Assembly: GCA_964019425.1 (NCBI GenBank)
Contig: OZ025782.1
Coordinates: forward strand, 1,612,001 to 1,676,000
DNA length: 64,000 nucleotides
Reading direction: 5' to 3'
Source of the DNA: Flectonema sp. DT1601
Lineage: Eukaryota
Part shown: positions 36,140-50,292 of the stretch, one piece after another
How the letters are laid out: the number at the start of each line of letters is the position of its first letter
Numbering within the stretch: the stretch's first letter is position 1
The notes under the pieces: generated by a model
Seen by the model: only the letters and a program-made list of their open reading frames with translations
What the model was told of the DNA's origin: nothing
Databases searched by the model: none
Translations under genes and position numbers: made by a program

Positions 36140-39113
36140 CAAATTGATTTTCTTTTCCTCCTTTCTTCCTTTCCACGTACACCTTGTTTTTTATAAAATC
36201 ACATCTTATTTAATGAGAGAGAAAGGCATTTATTGTCTTCCCGATGGTTTTGTTGGTTCTGCTTATCTTATTGATTAATATCTAACTATGTCATTATAGT
36301 GGGCAGGCCCGAAATTCTCGCTGTCTTTTCACCCCCCTCCTTGAATTGTTGATTTGAGCAAGTAATTCGTAGGTGAAAAATACACTACTGCATTCCATTA
36401 CCTCTGGTTTTGGCTTCCCAGGGCTCAACGATTAATTCGTAATTGAATAGCTCGATTCCGTACTGCACTGAATGACAACACGGAAAAAGAGATGTGTATG
36501 CAGCTAAGTTAGAAACATTTATTATAATGTAAAGTATTTACGTCAATTGCAGGGTGTATGCCTACACTAATTACCTTTAGTTAACTGTATCTCAGAACTA
36601 ATGTTATATTATCGTTATGTTATTTATGATACAATACATTTGTATTTTACGTACAAATCAAACAGTTAACTCCCTCCTTAGAAGGTTCAGTCGGGTACTT
36701 TGATATTAATTTTGTTTTTAATACCCAAAAGTTGTTACTGTTTTTACATTGTCAAAGTTTCACCCCTCCTTAGTAGATGGATGCTTTCTTATCGGATCAC
36801 AATCTTCCTTAGCTTTAAAAAAATGCAGTATCAAAATTACCCCCTTCCGCTTTCCCCCCCCCTCTTCTTTCATGCGGTTCTGCGAGGGAAAAATGAAAAT
36901 AATAAGTGACAGTTTCTCCCCTTTTTTTTTTGTACCTTTCAAGCAGTATCAAAGCAGCAGAGTACGACAAAGCACGAGTCATCCTTTATAAGTCGTGCGT
37001 GTGGTTATTGATAGCTAGTGCTACTGCTCCATGATACTCTGAGAGAGGTTTTCTGGTTCTTGACCGACATAAAAAAAAGAAAACCAACCAACAGTGTGTT
37101 TTGTTTGCGTTGTGTGAGAGACTCGCAGGCTGTATGTACTAGATTGCGAAGGACATTATCTTTTTTTTTTTTTTGTTTTTTTTTGTTTTTTGTTTATCTT
37201 ATGATTTAACTTAAGTCTTGAAATATGCCTTCTGCTTCCCCTCCTCCCACAACAAGAATGTTAAATTATCGTTTTGTGTTAATATGATACAATGCAGTTA
37301 GCATTTTATAAATTCAAACATTCGACACTCAACTTTTTTTCCTGTCTTATTTTTATACTTTGTTCTGTTGTACTGCTGATTTTGGTGACATTCTCGCGAG
37401 AGGATTAAGTGACTATCTTGCGTTTATATCTTTTTGTTTTTGTTGTCGATGCCTGTTTTTTTTTTTTTTTTTTTTAAATTTGTTTATCTCGAAAAAAGAG
37501 GCATCTTTTTTTAAGAGCAAAAAAAAAAAAAAAAAAAAAAAAGGGAAATCGTGACGACCACTACACGAAGCGCCACTATTTTTTTTATTTCGTGGACAAG
37601 TTTAAATTGTTTTTTTTTTTATTTATTTATTTTATTCTCCTTTTTTTTCTTTCTCTTCTATTTTTCACAGAAGGTTGAAAGTAAGTAATCTTCTCAGACG
37701 TGCTTAAATATTTTTCGTGTTTAATATTTTTTTTTAATATATGGATCTCTCGACCTTTCTGTGTCAAAAGCATTATTTTTTTTATCGTAAGCGATGAATT
37801 AAAGGAGACGCTTTGTAATGGCATGGGGTGCTCAACCGTTGTGTTGTACGTGGCCTCTGAACTATCAGGTTAAATCGTTGTATTTTGTAGGATGTACTGT
37901 TCCGAAATGAAAAAGCTAAATCTTCTGTCACTGTGTTAATTAGGAGATTTTTTAGTTTTTTTTTTTTTTTTTTTTCGTAGTTGATACTTTAGTTCTCTTT
38001 CATTCTGCTTTTTTTTAGTCTTATATAAAGTCTAGCGGTGGGATTCGCGAAAAAAAAAAAAAAAAAAAAAAAGACTTTTTTTTAATCTGTTCTTTTTCGA
38101 CTGGTTTATGTTATTTGGTTTTTTTTTTCCCTCTCTCACTCTTCTCCTTTCTTTCTTTGATTGTTTTTCTTACGCTTATATAGATGTTTTTTTTTTTTTT
38201 TTTTTAAAGTAATTAATTGCTTTTGTTTAATCTGTCTTTATGGCGTGGCATTATGTGCTCACATATTTTGGCGATCGAAGCTTTTTGATTGATTCCTCTC
38301 ATTTTAGTTTTTTTTTAATTTTTTTTTTTTATTGTTTTAGTTAGTCTCTGAAAAACTTTCGCTTAAGCAGCTCTTTTTGGACAGATATTGTCCGCTTCGT
38401 GTTGTTCATCAGGTCATTAGTCTGGTTAGATTGATTAGATAAGGGGAAATGAAAGGAAACTGATTAGCTCTATTTTTTTTTTCATTCCCCTCTCTTTTTA
38501 CCAAATTAATGGTATCCCGTGAGCTTCTCCAGAAGTTTGATTTCGATAAATAAATAAGTAAATAATTAACGCGGTTTAGACTGCATGCATATTTTTTTTT
38601 TTTTCAGGACGACGACGACGACAGCCCAGCGTCAACGCTAGACTTCCTTAGTAGTAATTCCTGTACAGGGTCTCTGCTGAAACTTCTGTACTTCGAAAGG
38701 ACTGTAGTTGTTTAAATATGGTTTGTTTAGCCAGGTTCTCTCAACAATGTTTTTTTTTTTTTTTTTTTTTTTTTTTTTGATTTTATTATTTTTTATATTG
38801 CATTTAACACGTACTGTAAGAACGAAAAACTAATGTTGACAGCACACGTAAACCCTTGATCACCTTAAGTCGGTTCACGGTTTCGTGCACAAAAAAAAAA
38901 AAAAACTCACAAAAATGTCGAAACTGGACTGTTCGACTGGTCAATTGTCGAGGTGCCCAATATCCCAAGGGAGGTACATTCGACCCCCCGATAGACCAAT
39001 CCTGTGTGTTGATATCTGACTGCATTGTCAACTGTCCTGGAGACTTAATCTTTATTTCAGGAAAAATAAATTGAAAAAGAACAAAAAAAAATTAAACTAA
39101 ACAAACAATATAT

Positions 39114-40825
39114 TAGTCATTCCAAAAATAACCGTCCATTTTAGGGTTCCAGTATTTCATGGGTGAAAATAGGGAGTAAAACTTAAAACCGAATACCCAT
39201 TTTAATCGCTTTTGCACCGCTGATTTCATTCCCGCTGCGATTCAAAAAAATGCAGCCGAGATTCAAAAAAATTGTGACATTTTTGTGTGGTGAAATCTTT
39301 GAATAATGGAACTGTTGATGTCTAATCGGCTGCCCCGGGTGCTAAAATAAAAGATCGGTATATGGTTCTATATCCGGCCGTACCTGGTCGGATGTTTTAC
39401 TCTGAAGCAGTTACAAAGGCTGCTCGAAGCAAAACAGTACCTTGTACATCTTACACCACACTTAGCCTATTTTTATTTTTGATTAGGCTTAGCTCTTTTG
39501 GCAACTTTTACTGCTGGCTTTGTTCGTTTTCCTACCAGCAATGAACCGATAATAGAACTAGTTGAACGCAGCGATCTGAAACTGGAACTAGAACTAGATT
39601 CACTAGCCAGTAGAAGACTCACCAGAATCTGAGGTGAGTTCAGTTGTTCCTAAAATAGACTCACTCTCAGTGTTGGTAGCAGGTGAAAGTTGGCTCGCAC
39701 CAACCCCCACATTTAGGCCTTTTGTCACAAAACTGAGCATATGAGATAGCTGTGTGAGTTCTGCAGAAGGCACTCCACAAGGCAAGGTATGGTTCTCTTA
39801 CATGGAGGACTGTCTCTTTACTTGTCTCGCCGGTTATGTAGTCTTTGCTGAGGACCACGCGGTTTGACTCAGGGCGTGCATTGGAAATCCAGAAGTTCCA
39901 GATATCTCTGTCCTGGCTGCGCTGCTTTACTGATTGGGAGGGATCGTGCTGTTCCAGCCTCTGTAGCTGCTTACGCATTGAAGAATCCCTGACATGGGCA
40001 TTTATCTGGCTATCAGTGTAGCCTAGCGTGAGACAGAGTCTCAAAAACTGAGAACGGACAGCAGGAACTGATTCTTTCACGCGTTCAAAAATATCGGAGA
40101 GCGGTTCCGGATTGATCGGCTCTGCAGGGATACTGACGGATGCGTAATGCGGATCATCACTAGTCAGCCTTTTTGCTCGCTGGTAGTAAGCGTTGCAGAT
40201 TGAGCGCAGAGGAGCATACAAGACTACCGCGAAGTCACGGCAGGGTGGCTCAAGAAGCTTGTTGAACTTCGGATTCCGTCTTTTCGCGTTAGTGTGCGAG
40301 GTGCAGTTGTAGTTGTCTGAGGAGCACGCCTTGTCGGTTCTTGTATTCCCGAAGTGCTTGTATTTCCGGAGGCATGCGATGCAAATGTTGCCTTTTGTCC
40401 CGATCTAGCGTCCTCATTACCGGTCCTGGCAAATCCGCGACGACATACTCAGCTGGCATCTCGTGGCACGTGTGACACTACATTGAGAGAAGTTTAAGCT
40501 GGTGCTTAAGGGAATAATAAGTGTAGTTACGAGAAAAAATGCCAATCTCTGATGCATTTCCCTTTTTTTCCAGAAAAAAATTAAATGCAGCAACAGGATT
40601 AACTTTTCCGTGCCGACAGTGACATTCTCTTAGTACCCATAACGCACCTGTCGGGTTCCAACGGTCAGTAAAAAAAGTGAAAAAAAAATAATCCCATCGC
40701 GTAAAATGAGAGATTGGGGCCGAACCTTTCCACCTCGTAAAAAATCTCGAAAATGGATGCATTTTTGACCAACGGCTGCTCGAAGCAAAACTGGTTTTCG
40801 CGGCCGGTTATTTTTGGAATGACTA
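39114..40825 (-). mobile_element. Non-autonomous TIR DNA transposon, 1712 bp
   Basis: Perfect 21-bp TIR tagtcattccaaaaataaccg (39114-39134; inverse at 40805-40825), flanked by atatat on both sides. Decayed transposase-like frame inside. Confidence 0.9.
39603..40483 (-). pseudogene. Decayed, internally deleted transposase (Cys-rich N-terminus, Sola-like RPK motif)
   Basis: ATG at 40483 then TAG. CHTCH...[frameshift]...CIAC...C...CTSH, continuing into ORF 40221-39667 with LWSAFCRTHTAISYAQFCDKRPK, then an abrupt switch to a Ser-rich tail. Confidence 0.65.
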
Positions 40826-40915
40826 ATATATATTTTTTTTTTTTTTCCCCTTTTCTTGTAGCACCTAAACTATTGAGGCAGCCCTAGGCATTGTCTCCGT
40901 GTTGTTATAAAATTA

Positions 40916-40956
<41 letters not shown>

Positions 40957-42303
40957 AAAATCTGGGTTAATCCGACAGTCTCAAAACAGTAAATTTTTTT
41001 GTACTGCAAAACGGATTGACACTTCTTTTGGTTAGGTCACTGCAACAAACTTCGAAAATCACAAACAAAATATTTTTAAGCCTCTTTTCTTTTTTTTTAA
41101 TGGCATTGTGGCTACAGATCTCTTGATTTAGTGTGTCGCGTGCTGAAAACTAACAAAATAATCCTTTCTTGGATTAAGTGTTCAATCTATTATCACATTA
41201 TTGGAGCTGTAAGTTCTTTTTGTGAGTCTACTTGCTAGTATTTGTTGGTTGGTTGGACTCTCTACCAAACCGACTTTCAAAACATTTTATATTTCCGTTT
41301 ATAACGCTTCACCTTCCCTTGAATTTTCAAATGTGGTGTACTTCTTACGGAGGTTTGATAGACGCAGTGCCTGTTGTGTTGCCACCACATACTGTTTTGC
41401 ACTACAGAAAAAAAAATTAGCAAAAAGTAGTAAATGAGAGCGATTATCGACTTTCTTTTTTTTAACCTGTCTTCCCCCTTTTTCTTAATGTTTATTTTAG
41501 GTGTTTTCTTTTTTCCCCCTTAACTTTGTTAAATATGGTGTTTTGTTCTGTAAAATGCAGTCCTTTTTTTTTATATAAAAATATCAGTGCCCCTGCTGTT
41601 GGTGTCGTTCTGTTGACTTACTTTTTTTTTTTTTTGTTTGTTATTCAATCATGGCACTCGAGATGCATTTTTTTTTTCTCGAAGGAATACCAGAGAGGAA
41701 GAGGAGGAGGAGGAGAGACATTCAGGTGAAGCTTTATATTTTGTTGATCTCAAAGACAGTAATACTGTTGACACATGGAAGTAGATACCATCAACCTTAC
41801 ATTATACACAATGGCTACTAATCTGAATGGTTTCTTCTCTCTGACTGCGCTGGTTCACAAAAAAAAAAAAAGGAAAAAAAAAAAGAAAACTGAAATACTC
41901 ACTGTGTTTTATTTCTTCTCTTTTTCTAGCGAGACTTAGTAATATTTTTTTACGTTGTTTTTTTTTTGTATGCGATTTTGTTTTATTAACATCGACTGTC
42001 TGAATTGCCTCTAACAGTTGGGTAATACTTTGATAACCACCCGGTAGTTATTCTATTGTTACAGGTTGTTGATTTCAACCTTGCGGGAAAAAAAAAAAAA
42101 AAAAAAAAAAACTTTTGATTTTTATTGTCAGAGGCGCTTGTTATGTTGTCTCGAGCAATCTCAGTTTCCTTTTTTATTTTTATTTTTTAAAATTTTTATT
42201 TTTACTTTGCTGCTCTCACGACGTCGATCAGAGCTTTTCAAGGCTGACTTTTGTTTCTCTATTAACATCATTATTAAACCTCTTACTTTACAGCCCTTCA
42301 CAG

Positions 42304-45300
42304 ATGGAATCCGGGGCAGGTGATGACCTTCATCAGGTAAACACCAAAACTGGTGAAATTGAAACAGATGGAAGGAGCACCGTCTCGTCTGATATAAGTG
42401 TGGGTGGGATGATCACAAGACTAATAAGCTTGAAAGGAACACTAGCCTTGATGTCGCTGGTATCCGTTGTTGCATCTGTCGGAATCAGCACATCTCTTGG
42501 AAGTGCTGTTTGCACAGAGGCACTTGATGATACGAGAGAAACAGGTGATAATGCGACAGGTGTTTGTTTTGATCTCACAAAGAGAGTGTTGCAGCGGAAG
42601 AGTGAAGATTTATTGGTCCTGTCATCGAATGCGGTTGTACTACTGACAGAAGTATTCTTCGCTGGATTCTACACTGAGCTACGACGAATTCGAAAAGAAA
42701 TATTCGTAACTCACGAAAACACTGATAAAACCCAATGGCCATGGTGGGAAAGTCTCCGTGGAACTCTAATGACGTCACTCGAAGCATCTGAACCAACTGG
42801 TGTTGCAACCATCGGTGTCCTGACCTTCAAACAGTTTTACGTATTCCTAAACGTTGAAGGCTACGGTTTTGGAGCAATCGCAAACCCAGGAACACCCAAA
42901 TACGAAAACGTTTCAATGCTTGGGCTCGTCGATACAACAGGTGCGTTCACTCTTAGATTTAAAGACTTCCCTCTGGTAGCAAGAGATCAGGATGATCTTA
43001 AAAACTATGATCTCCTTCCACTTGATTCTTACGTATGGACAAACATTCAATTAGAGAGTACTTATGTTGGTGTTAATCTACTTTATAGGAATTATGATAA
43101 GTTTGGTACACCAATGCTTCTTAGAGTCTCAGCATCACTTCCAAAGATAAGTAGATTTCTAAAAAAAGTATCAAACGATACGCTTGTTAGTACAGGTGCA
43201 GAGGTATACCTGTATTTAGTGGTTGGTAGTACATGGATTTTTGAAGAAGTGGCTAAGAATGGTGGGCCAAGAGATAGCCAAACTGGGTTCTTAGCTGGCG
43301 TCAGTCACGGCGTTGCTGCTGTTAGAACGTCTGATGGTATCGATCCTACTTCGGGATCATCCGTATTGTTGAAAGACACCAACGCTTCTGATCCTGTTAT
43401 TAGTGGTATAGCAAAGTCTATATACGACAGACATGAGGCAGCAGGGAAAACATCAGAGTCTCCTTATTTTAGTGGTGCAATAAATGAAGAAGTCACTGTT
43501 AACAAAACCAACAACATAACTACTGAAGAATACATAATCGCAATGACCAATCTCAAACTAGACGGAATCGACTGGTGGCTAGTAAGCGCTCTTTCAAAAG
43601 ATTTTATATTAGGCGATGTTATTAAACGCGCTGTACAAACTCAACGACTGTTAGATTCTCAACAACAACAAGTTGAAGACGACGCTGATGAGAAGACGAG
43701 ATCAGTAATTTATATCAACACTGCTGTGGCTTTAATTCTATCACTTGGTGTTGTCGTTGCTGTTCATTTTATCTGGAGGAGTACACACCATCTGAACTCA
43801 GCTATGCAACAAGTCGCTGATATGAACCTCGATGACGTCTCATTCTCTTCGGAGAATATTTCACTTTTCCACGAAGTTCGTCAAATGCAAGTTGCTTTTC
43901 AAAAAATGGTTAAGAACCTAAAAGAATACAAAGCCTATGTTCCAACAGCTGTACTTCAGGGATCAGCGACTCAGAACGTTGTTGACCCACCAGTTGGTGA
44001 TGTGGCAGTCGTATTCACAGACATTGTGTCTTCTACAAAACTTTGGGCCTTATCAAGTTCAGGGATGAACACAGCTCTTGAGATCCACAACGACGTAATG
44101 AGAAAGTGTCTTCACCGTCATAATGGTTATGAAGTAAAGACTATCGGAGATGCATTCATGATTGCATTCTCTTCTCATAAGGATGCTCTCCAATTCTGTT
44201 TTCGAGTACAGAAGATGTTACTAAAACAGAAATGGCCTGATGAACTAGAACTGTACCCTCAGTACTCAGACAGAGACGCAAAGAGACTTCTCTGGAATGG
44301 GATCAGAGTTCGAATGGGGTGTAACAGTGGTGAGGTAATTACTGAAGAGAATCCTCTCACTGGTCGTGTAGACTACAGAGGTACTACTATCAACATGGCA
44401 AGTAGACTGGAAGCTAAAGCTCTGCCGGGAACTGTTTGCATAAGTGAGTCGCTTCGGCAGAAACTGGGGAACGACCTGTCGTGTGTGGGCTCTCCTGCCA
44501 TCGCTGAGCACGGCACCCATGAGTTGAAGGGTCTGGGTGGAGGTCACGTACTTCACATTGTTTCCCCCGCGATCCTCAAAGATAGATTAGCGAGCCAAGC
44601 TTCTACTCCACGCACTGCATACGAACTCGGAAATCCCAAATCGATAAGATCGGGACCCAGCGCTTATTCAGTCTCTTCAGCTGTTAAATTAAATGTTCAG
44701 GACATTGGAAAGAGGACAGGATTATCAATTGTATCTGGTCAGGTTACAGTAGCTATTTGTAAATTAATAGATTTAAATTCCAGGAAGATATTTGAACACT
44801 GCAATTTGTTAGTGAGAGTTGCAACAGAAGCAGCAACTCAAACAGACGGAGTGATTGGAACTGTAACTGGGATGACGATCACCGTCACGTGGAATGCTTC
44901 TCAGTCTTGTAAGATGCACGTTGCGGCAGCTTTGAGTTTTGCATCGCAGATACAACGCAGAGCGGAATGTATTTCTAGAATGGGTGTTGCAACGGGAACG
45001 ATGCTTCACGGAAACATCGGAACCCACAAACAGCGTTTCAGCACCGCATTTGGTCGCCCTCTTGAGGCTGCTGAAGCTTCCGCAAATCAAGCAAAGCTAC
45101 TCGGGACGTTTTGCGTCTTCTCTGACCTCACAAATGATCTGAGCGCAGCTAAAACAGCAGCCATCGCACCTTTCCTTAGAATTGTTGATATCTGGTTCGA
45201 TACTGATTCTCACTGTCGGATTATTCTTTACGAAGCGTTAACTACACGTCTTATGACACAACTTGAAGAGGCGTGGGATTCTGCACTTGCAGGTGGTAAC

Positions 45301-46134
45301 AAGTATGTTATTGATGTGTTTTGATTACAGTTTAATTATTTATGTCTAATCACACCAACATCAATACCAACAGTGGTGATGATATCTTCACTCATAACGA
45401 CTCTTATATGAAATATTTATTAGGACACGAAGATGCGATGGACAAACTGAAACTTCAGCTTAACATAAAACCCGAAGACAAAGTACTCTCTGTATGTATT
45501 GCACTTAAATTATTGTTTTTTTTTTTTTTTTTTTTTCTTTCCCCCGCCAAAAAAATATAATTTTCCCTTTTGTGTTTTCTTTTTTATAAACGTACCTTTT
45601 TTTTGATTAACAACAACAAATATTTTTTTTCAGTCGAAGTACTTTGATATTAATTTTGTTTTTAATACCTAAAGTTGTTACTGTTTTTACAAATTGTCAA
45701 ATTTTCACCCTTTTCTATAATGAAACTTTTAGTAGCAAATGTGGCTTTCGGAACTGTCAACGATGGTGGCCTACACTCACATGTATGAAGTGTTTTGATG
45801 CTACTGGATGCGCAATAGCGTACTAATGAACTTTTTTCTCTGCCTACGACCTTCTGATGGAATGTTGCGTTACGTTGGATCTGCGATGAGGGTCAAAACT
45901 CAAAGCTGGTTTCTTTTATAAGAATTATCGCTCCCTCCATGTCAGGTGTTTTCTTACCTTTTGCGTGTTAGTCGCAATTTTATAATAAAAAACCACTACA
46001 ACAAACAGAGAGTAATCGAAAGGTTAGAAGACAAGTCTGATGGATACGAGGCCAACTACATTGCTGGGCAACGAATTTCAATTAATTTCGATGAGATTTT
46101 TGTTGGTCGCAACACAACTCTAACACCTGTGTGA
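42304..46134 (+). CDS. Receptor adenylyl cyclase, paralogue of 31912; exons 42304-45302, 45374-45491, 46009-46134
   Basis: Same architecture and motifs (FTDIVSST, YEVKTIGDAFM, VDYRGTTINMASRLE). Introns 45303-45373 (phase 2) and 45492-46008 (phase 0) sit at equivalent positions and phases to the paralogue. Confidence 0.9.
45588..45710 (+). repeat. Repeat family A copy inside AC intron 2
   Basis: Aligns by eye with 11695-11815. Confidence 0.85.
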
Positions 46135-48537
46135 TGTTTTGCTTATAATTATTCACAGAGTTAACAAATAGAATCCAGAGTGAGTTCTCAGATTTATCTT
46201 CAACAACAAGCAGTGAGTACCTTCGAAATAGATTGGGAAAGCAGTGATCAAAAAATGTTTTAAAAATTAAAAAAAGATGTCTATAGCGTTACTCCCTTTA
46301 TTATCAATTGTGGCGTCAGTCGACTAGCTCATCATTGAATGATGAGCTCTTGATGACAACACCAGATTCACACGATAACTCTGTTCAAAAATTTAAACTT
46401 CAGCTTAGCATCCAGCCAGACACAGGCACAGACACAGTGTTAAAGGTTTGGTAATGTTTTTCAACTGAGTGAACAATGCGGAGGAATCTTTTCCTTTTCA
46501 CATGCATCTTAAAAAAAAACAAACAACAAAAAACAGAACGTAAGAAAAACTCGACGACTATAAAACTAATTTCGCTTCTGGTCAGCGTGCAACCGTCCGC
46601 TTCAGGAACAGCGCATACTGTTAGCCGTACTGACTGCTGAGTTAGTGTATTTCTCAATGAGTCAGTTTTCTTTTTTATTGTTGTAAAAAGAAGTTTCGTG
46701 TTGGTATCTCAACCTACCTCCTCAACTGTGATTATTATGATTTTTAAACAAAACATCTCCTTGCTTACCGTAAGAGTGATTAGACGGCGTTATCAATGAG
46801 AAAGCATGCCTGCTGAATGGGCTTGTTAGAATCTTTGCATTTTTTTTTTATATTTATCTTTATTTTTTATCTTGCGCTTGTCCTTTTCCTTCAAAGGGAA
46901 AAAAAAAAAAAAAATTCATGGCATACAAGGCTGCTTAGTGGTGTACTTATGGAGCTTCAGTAGAAGTTGTTGGGTAACATCATAATGTAGATCAGTGGTT
47001 GTCTGGGTTTTTTAGACTCTGAATTTATTATCAATTATGCCTTTATCGTTTTTTTTTGTTTTGTTTTATACTTTATGCTTTGTTTAGGAAAACCGTGTGT
47101 CGTATCGTAGGTCTGTTTTGTGAAGAGAGTTCGAAAACACAGCCTTTGCTGCTTTTAACAGCATGATAAAACCGATTTAGAAGCAGCGCTTTTTTCTTTC
47201 CTCTTAAAGAAAGGCAATCCACTGCCTTTAATATAATGAGAACACAAAGATTTCTCACTCTAGTCTTATAGGATGGTTTTTCCTTTCCCTTTTTATGTTC
47301 CTCTCTTCTTTCCCGTATACTGTATTCACGGGATACAGTTTTCATCAGCGTATTTTACCTCTTCTTTTATTTACTTATTTATTTGGTTAACCTTCCATAG
47401 TTGTTGTTTTCTCTGCTCGTATGGTGTTTTTCTTTTTAAATATCATTTGAATTTATATGAGAAGACTTGCAGCTGCTGAGCTTGGTCGTTAGACCCAAAA
47501 GGTTCAGTTTGTTTTATTTTTTTTTCTCCTTTCCTGCTGTGCTCTATGAGTGCTATAACTGGTTCACGTAATCGTTTTTACTTTCGTATTTGGGGGATCT
47601 TAGTTAGCGAATTTACGTCTTCTTGGATTCCTCGCTTATTCCACTCCTTTCTGTTCTTTTTGTTTCTTTTCTTCTCTTTTTTTTTCTTCTCTCGACAACT
47701 TGCTTGATAATAAAAAAATAATTGTAAGCTTTGGTTGGTTAACCGCTACGTCGCGCACGAGTCTTTTTGGTTTTTTATGTGTTGCAATTATAATTTTTTT
47801 TTCTTTTTTTTTTCCCCCTTTCTCTCTTTTTCCTTTTGTTCTTTTAGCGAACTGTACTTCAGACGCTGAGCTTTGCAGTTCTGTTTTTGTTTTGCCAAAT
47901 TCCTAACCTACAAAGCAATCACCCGAGGGATGAGTCGTTTACTTGTCCGACCACTCTGTTGGTGTTTTATGATATTTCAGTATATCACATCACCAACCGT
48001 GGTAGTTATTTTCTTTATATGGAAATCGATAAGTCAATGTAAGAGAGGAATCCCTACATATTAATTATATCTAATTACCCTGTGGTGTTTCTTGTCAAGA
48101 AACGCTTTATTCTTCGATTTCCTCTGTTACTTGGCTTTGTCAAAAAGCAACGCATAGATTTTGTTAGTAAAATAACAAAAGAATCTCAATTTCTGTTTTT
48201 TTTTTTTTTTTTTTAAAGTTTTCTTTTTATATATACCAATGACAATGTACGTGATAAAAATATATTCGAAAGATCATCTTGCATTACATTGTCTTGTTTG
48301 GTTGTTGTAGTCTTGGTTTCAGAACTCAACTTTGCTCGCGGCATTTCTAACCAAATGTGTTCTTTTTTTGTACTACAAAATGCGCCCACATTTATTTTCT
48401 TGATGCCAAAAGGCGCGAAATGTCTAATATCACAACCCCAGTTTCAAGGTGCAAAGTGATAAAATAATCTTCAGTTCCAGAATCAATGCGCCACTGCTCT
48501 GTTCGTAAATACGAGGCGCGATTTGTCTTTACGTTCC

Positions 48538-49187
48538 TTGATAACACAAGGCACGATGATAAAATGGTTATGGAGCTGGAAACCAATGCACCGCAAAGAC
48601 TACCTATCAATCAAGATGTTGGCTGGTTGCCGGAAAAAAAACAAAAAAAAAAAAAAAAACCAACTTTAATAGTTAAACACGTAGACGTCGAGGACATGTT
48701 TTCATTGAGTAACAAGCAAATAAACATCGTTAGCCGTATCTTTTGGCGAGCTCCGATGAACTTTTTACCTTACAAAAAATAATACCAACTTCACACATAA
48801 AACTTGCTGATGAAATTCCTAAAAGGGACGAATAGTATGAGACTAGGATAACCTGGGTGTTGCTTTTTATATTTCTTGATAGATGTTGAGTTCATCTTTA
48901 TTTATTTTTCTAAAATAAATAATACAAACTGACTTCCTAATTGCAAGAAGGCTAGTGACTTCTTCTCTTTTGTTGGTCGGAATCCTTCATATTTGGGAGT
49001 GCGTTGTTACCCCCATCGGAGATTTTTTTTTCATTCCATAAATATCTCCTTGGTTCGTTGTTTTACTTGTTAAGAAATAGTTGCAACGCTGCTTCGTAAG
49101 AACGCTATCTTTGATTACACAAGACACGGTGATAGAGTGGTTATGGAGTTGGAAACCAACGCACCGCAAAGACTATCTATCAATCAA
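48538..49187 (+). repeat. Local diverged duplication (48538-48614 vs 49111-49187; also 48968-49001 vs 49448-49480)
   Basis: ggttatggag(c/t)tggaaaccaa(t/c)gcaccgcaaagacta(c/t)ctatcaatcaa occurs twice. Confidence 0.8.
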
Positions 49188-50292
49188 TACTTGTGCTGAA
49201 TAGCTTCCCCCATTTTCTGCTTTTTTGCAGCATTTGTGTCACGAAATTCGTTTATTATTAAAGACTCTCTACCCATTATGACAGTTTATATGACGTTAGT
49301 ACTTTCGTCATCTGTTCTTGTTGTTTTTACTGCTATTATGAAGTATTTGGGAAAAACTTTTTTTTTTTTTTTTTTTTTTTTTTAAAGTAAGTTTTTTTGC
49401 ATGGGAAAAAAAAAAAAAAAATTGTTTCGATACCTGTCCTTCAATAGTTTTGTTGGTCAGAATCTTTCATATTTGAAGTGTTATTTTCCCTCCAGCAGAA
49501 ATCCTTTTCCATTCTACGAGTATTTCGCTGTTTGTTGACTTACTGTGTCAAGCAGTTGTTGACAACCACCAGCCTAATTACTAATAAGCCATCCTGTTCT
49601 CTTACCTAGAGTAACTTTAAAAATTGTTTTTTTTTATCATTCTATTTCAATTGATTTCTACTTACATCACATCATTGTTCATTCTTTTTTTTTTTTTTTT
49701 TTTTTCCTTTTCTTGTCTCTTTGTTATTCTTTTTCAAAAAAATAACGCAAATGTAGTGCTGTGCTGATCCGTAGTTTGATTCCTTAATTGGGGAGTCTTT
49801 CTTGGTTGTTTGGAGAATATGGTGACTGTAAATAACAAGAACAAGAAATTCACTGTTAAAAATGCCATCTAATACCTGTTTAATATCCTATGAAAGATTC
49901 CCTTGTTGTGTTTCGTGTGCGAAATCTCAAACAGTTGTCGATTAAGCTTTTTACTTTGTTGGTATGCATTTTTTGTTTTCTTCCATCAGTGCTTTGTAGT
50001 TTTTTTTTTCCCCCTGATTTTTAAGCAAATACAAATAATGCAAAAAAATTAATTTTTTTTTTCGTTTTCCCCCCTTTTTTTTCTTTTTTTTTTTTCCTTC
50101 TTCTTCTTCTCCAGTAGTTTTGTTATTTTTGTTCATTTTATTCTACTTGCGTTTTTCGCACTCGTGATTCTTATTTATTTATTTATTTATTTTTTGTTCT
50201 CTGGTAAATTGTGATCGGTATTCTGAATGAAAAAAAAAAAAAAAAAAAAAAAAAAAAGCGTGCTCCTCATACTTCACGCTACATAATAACGT

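Noticed and set aside
38926..39040. GC-richer segment with weak terminal complementarity next to the transposon
   Set aside because: No recognisable tRNA boxes, repeat copy or ORF homology.
46327..46349. Perfect 11-bp hairpin agctcatcatt-g-aatgatgagct containing a C-box-like atgatga
   Set aside because: No well-placed D box or terminal stem, so there is too little support for a snoRNA.
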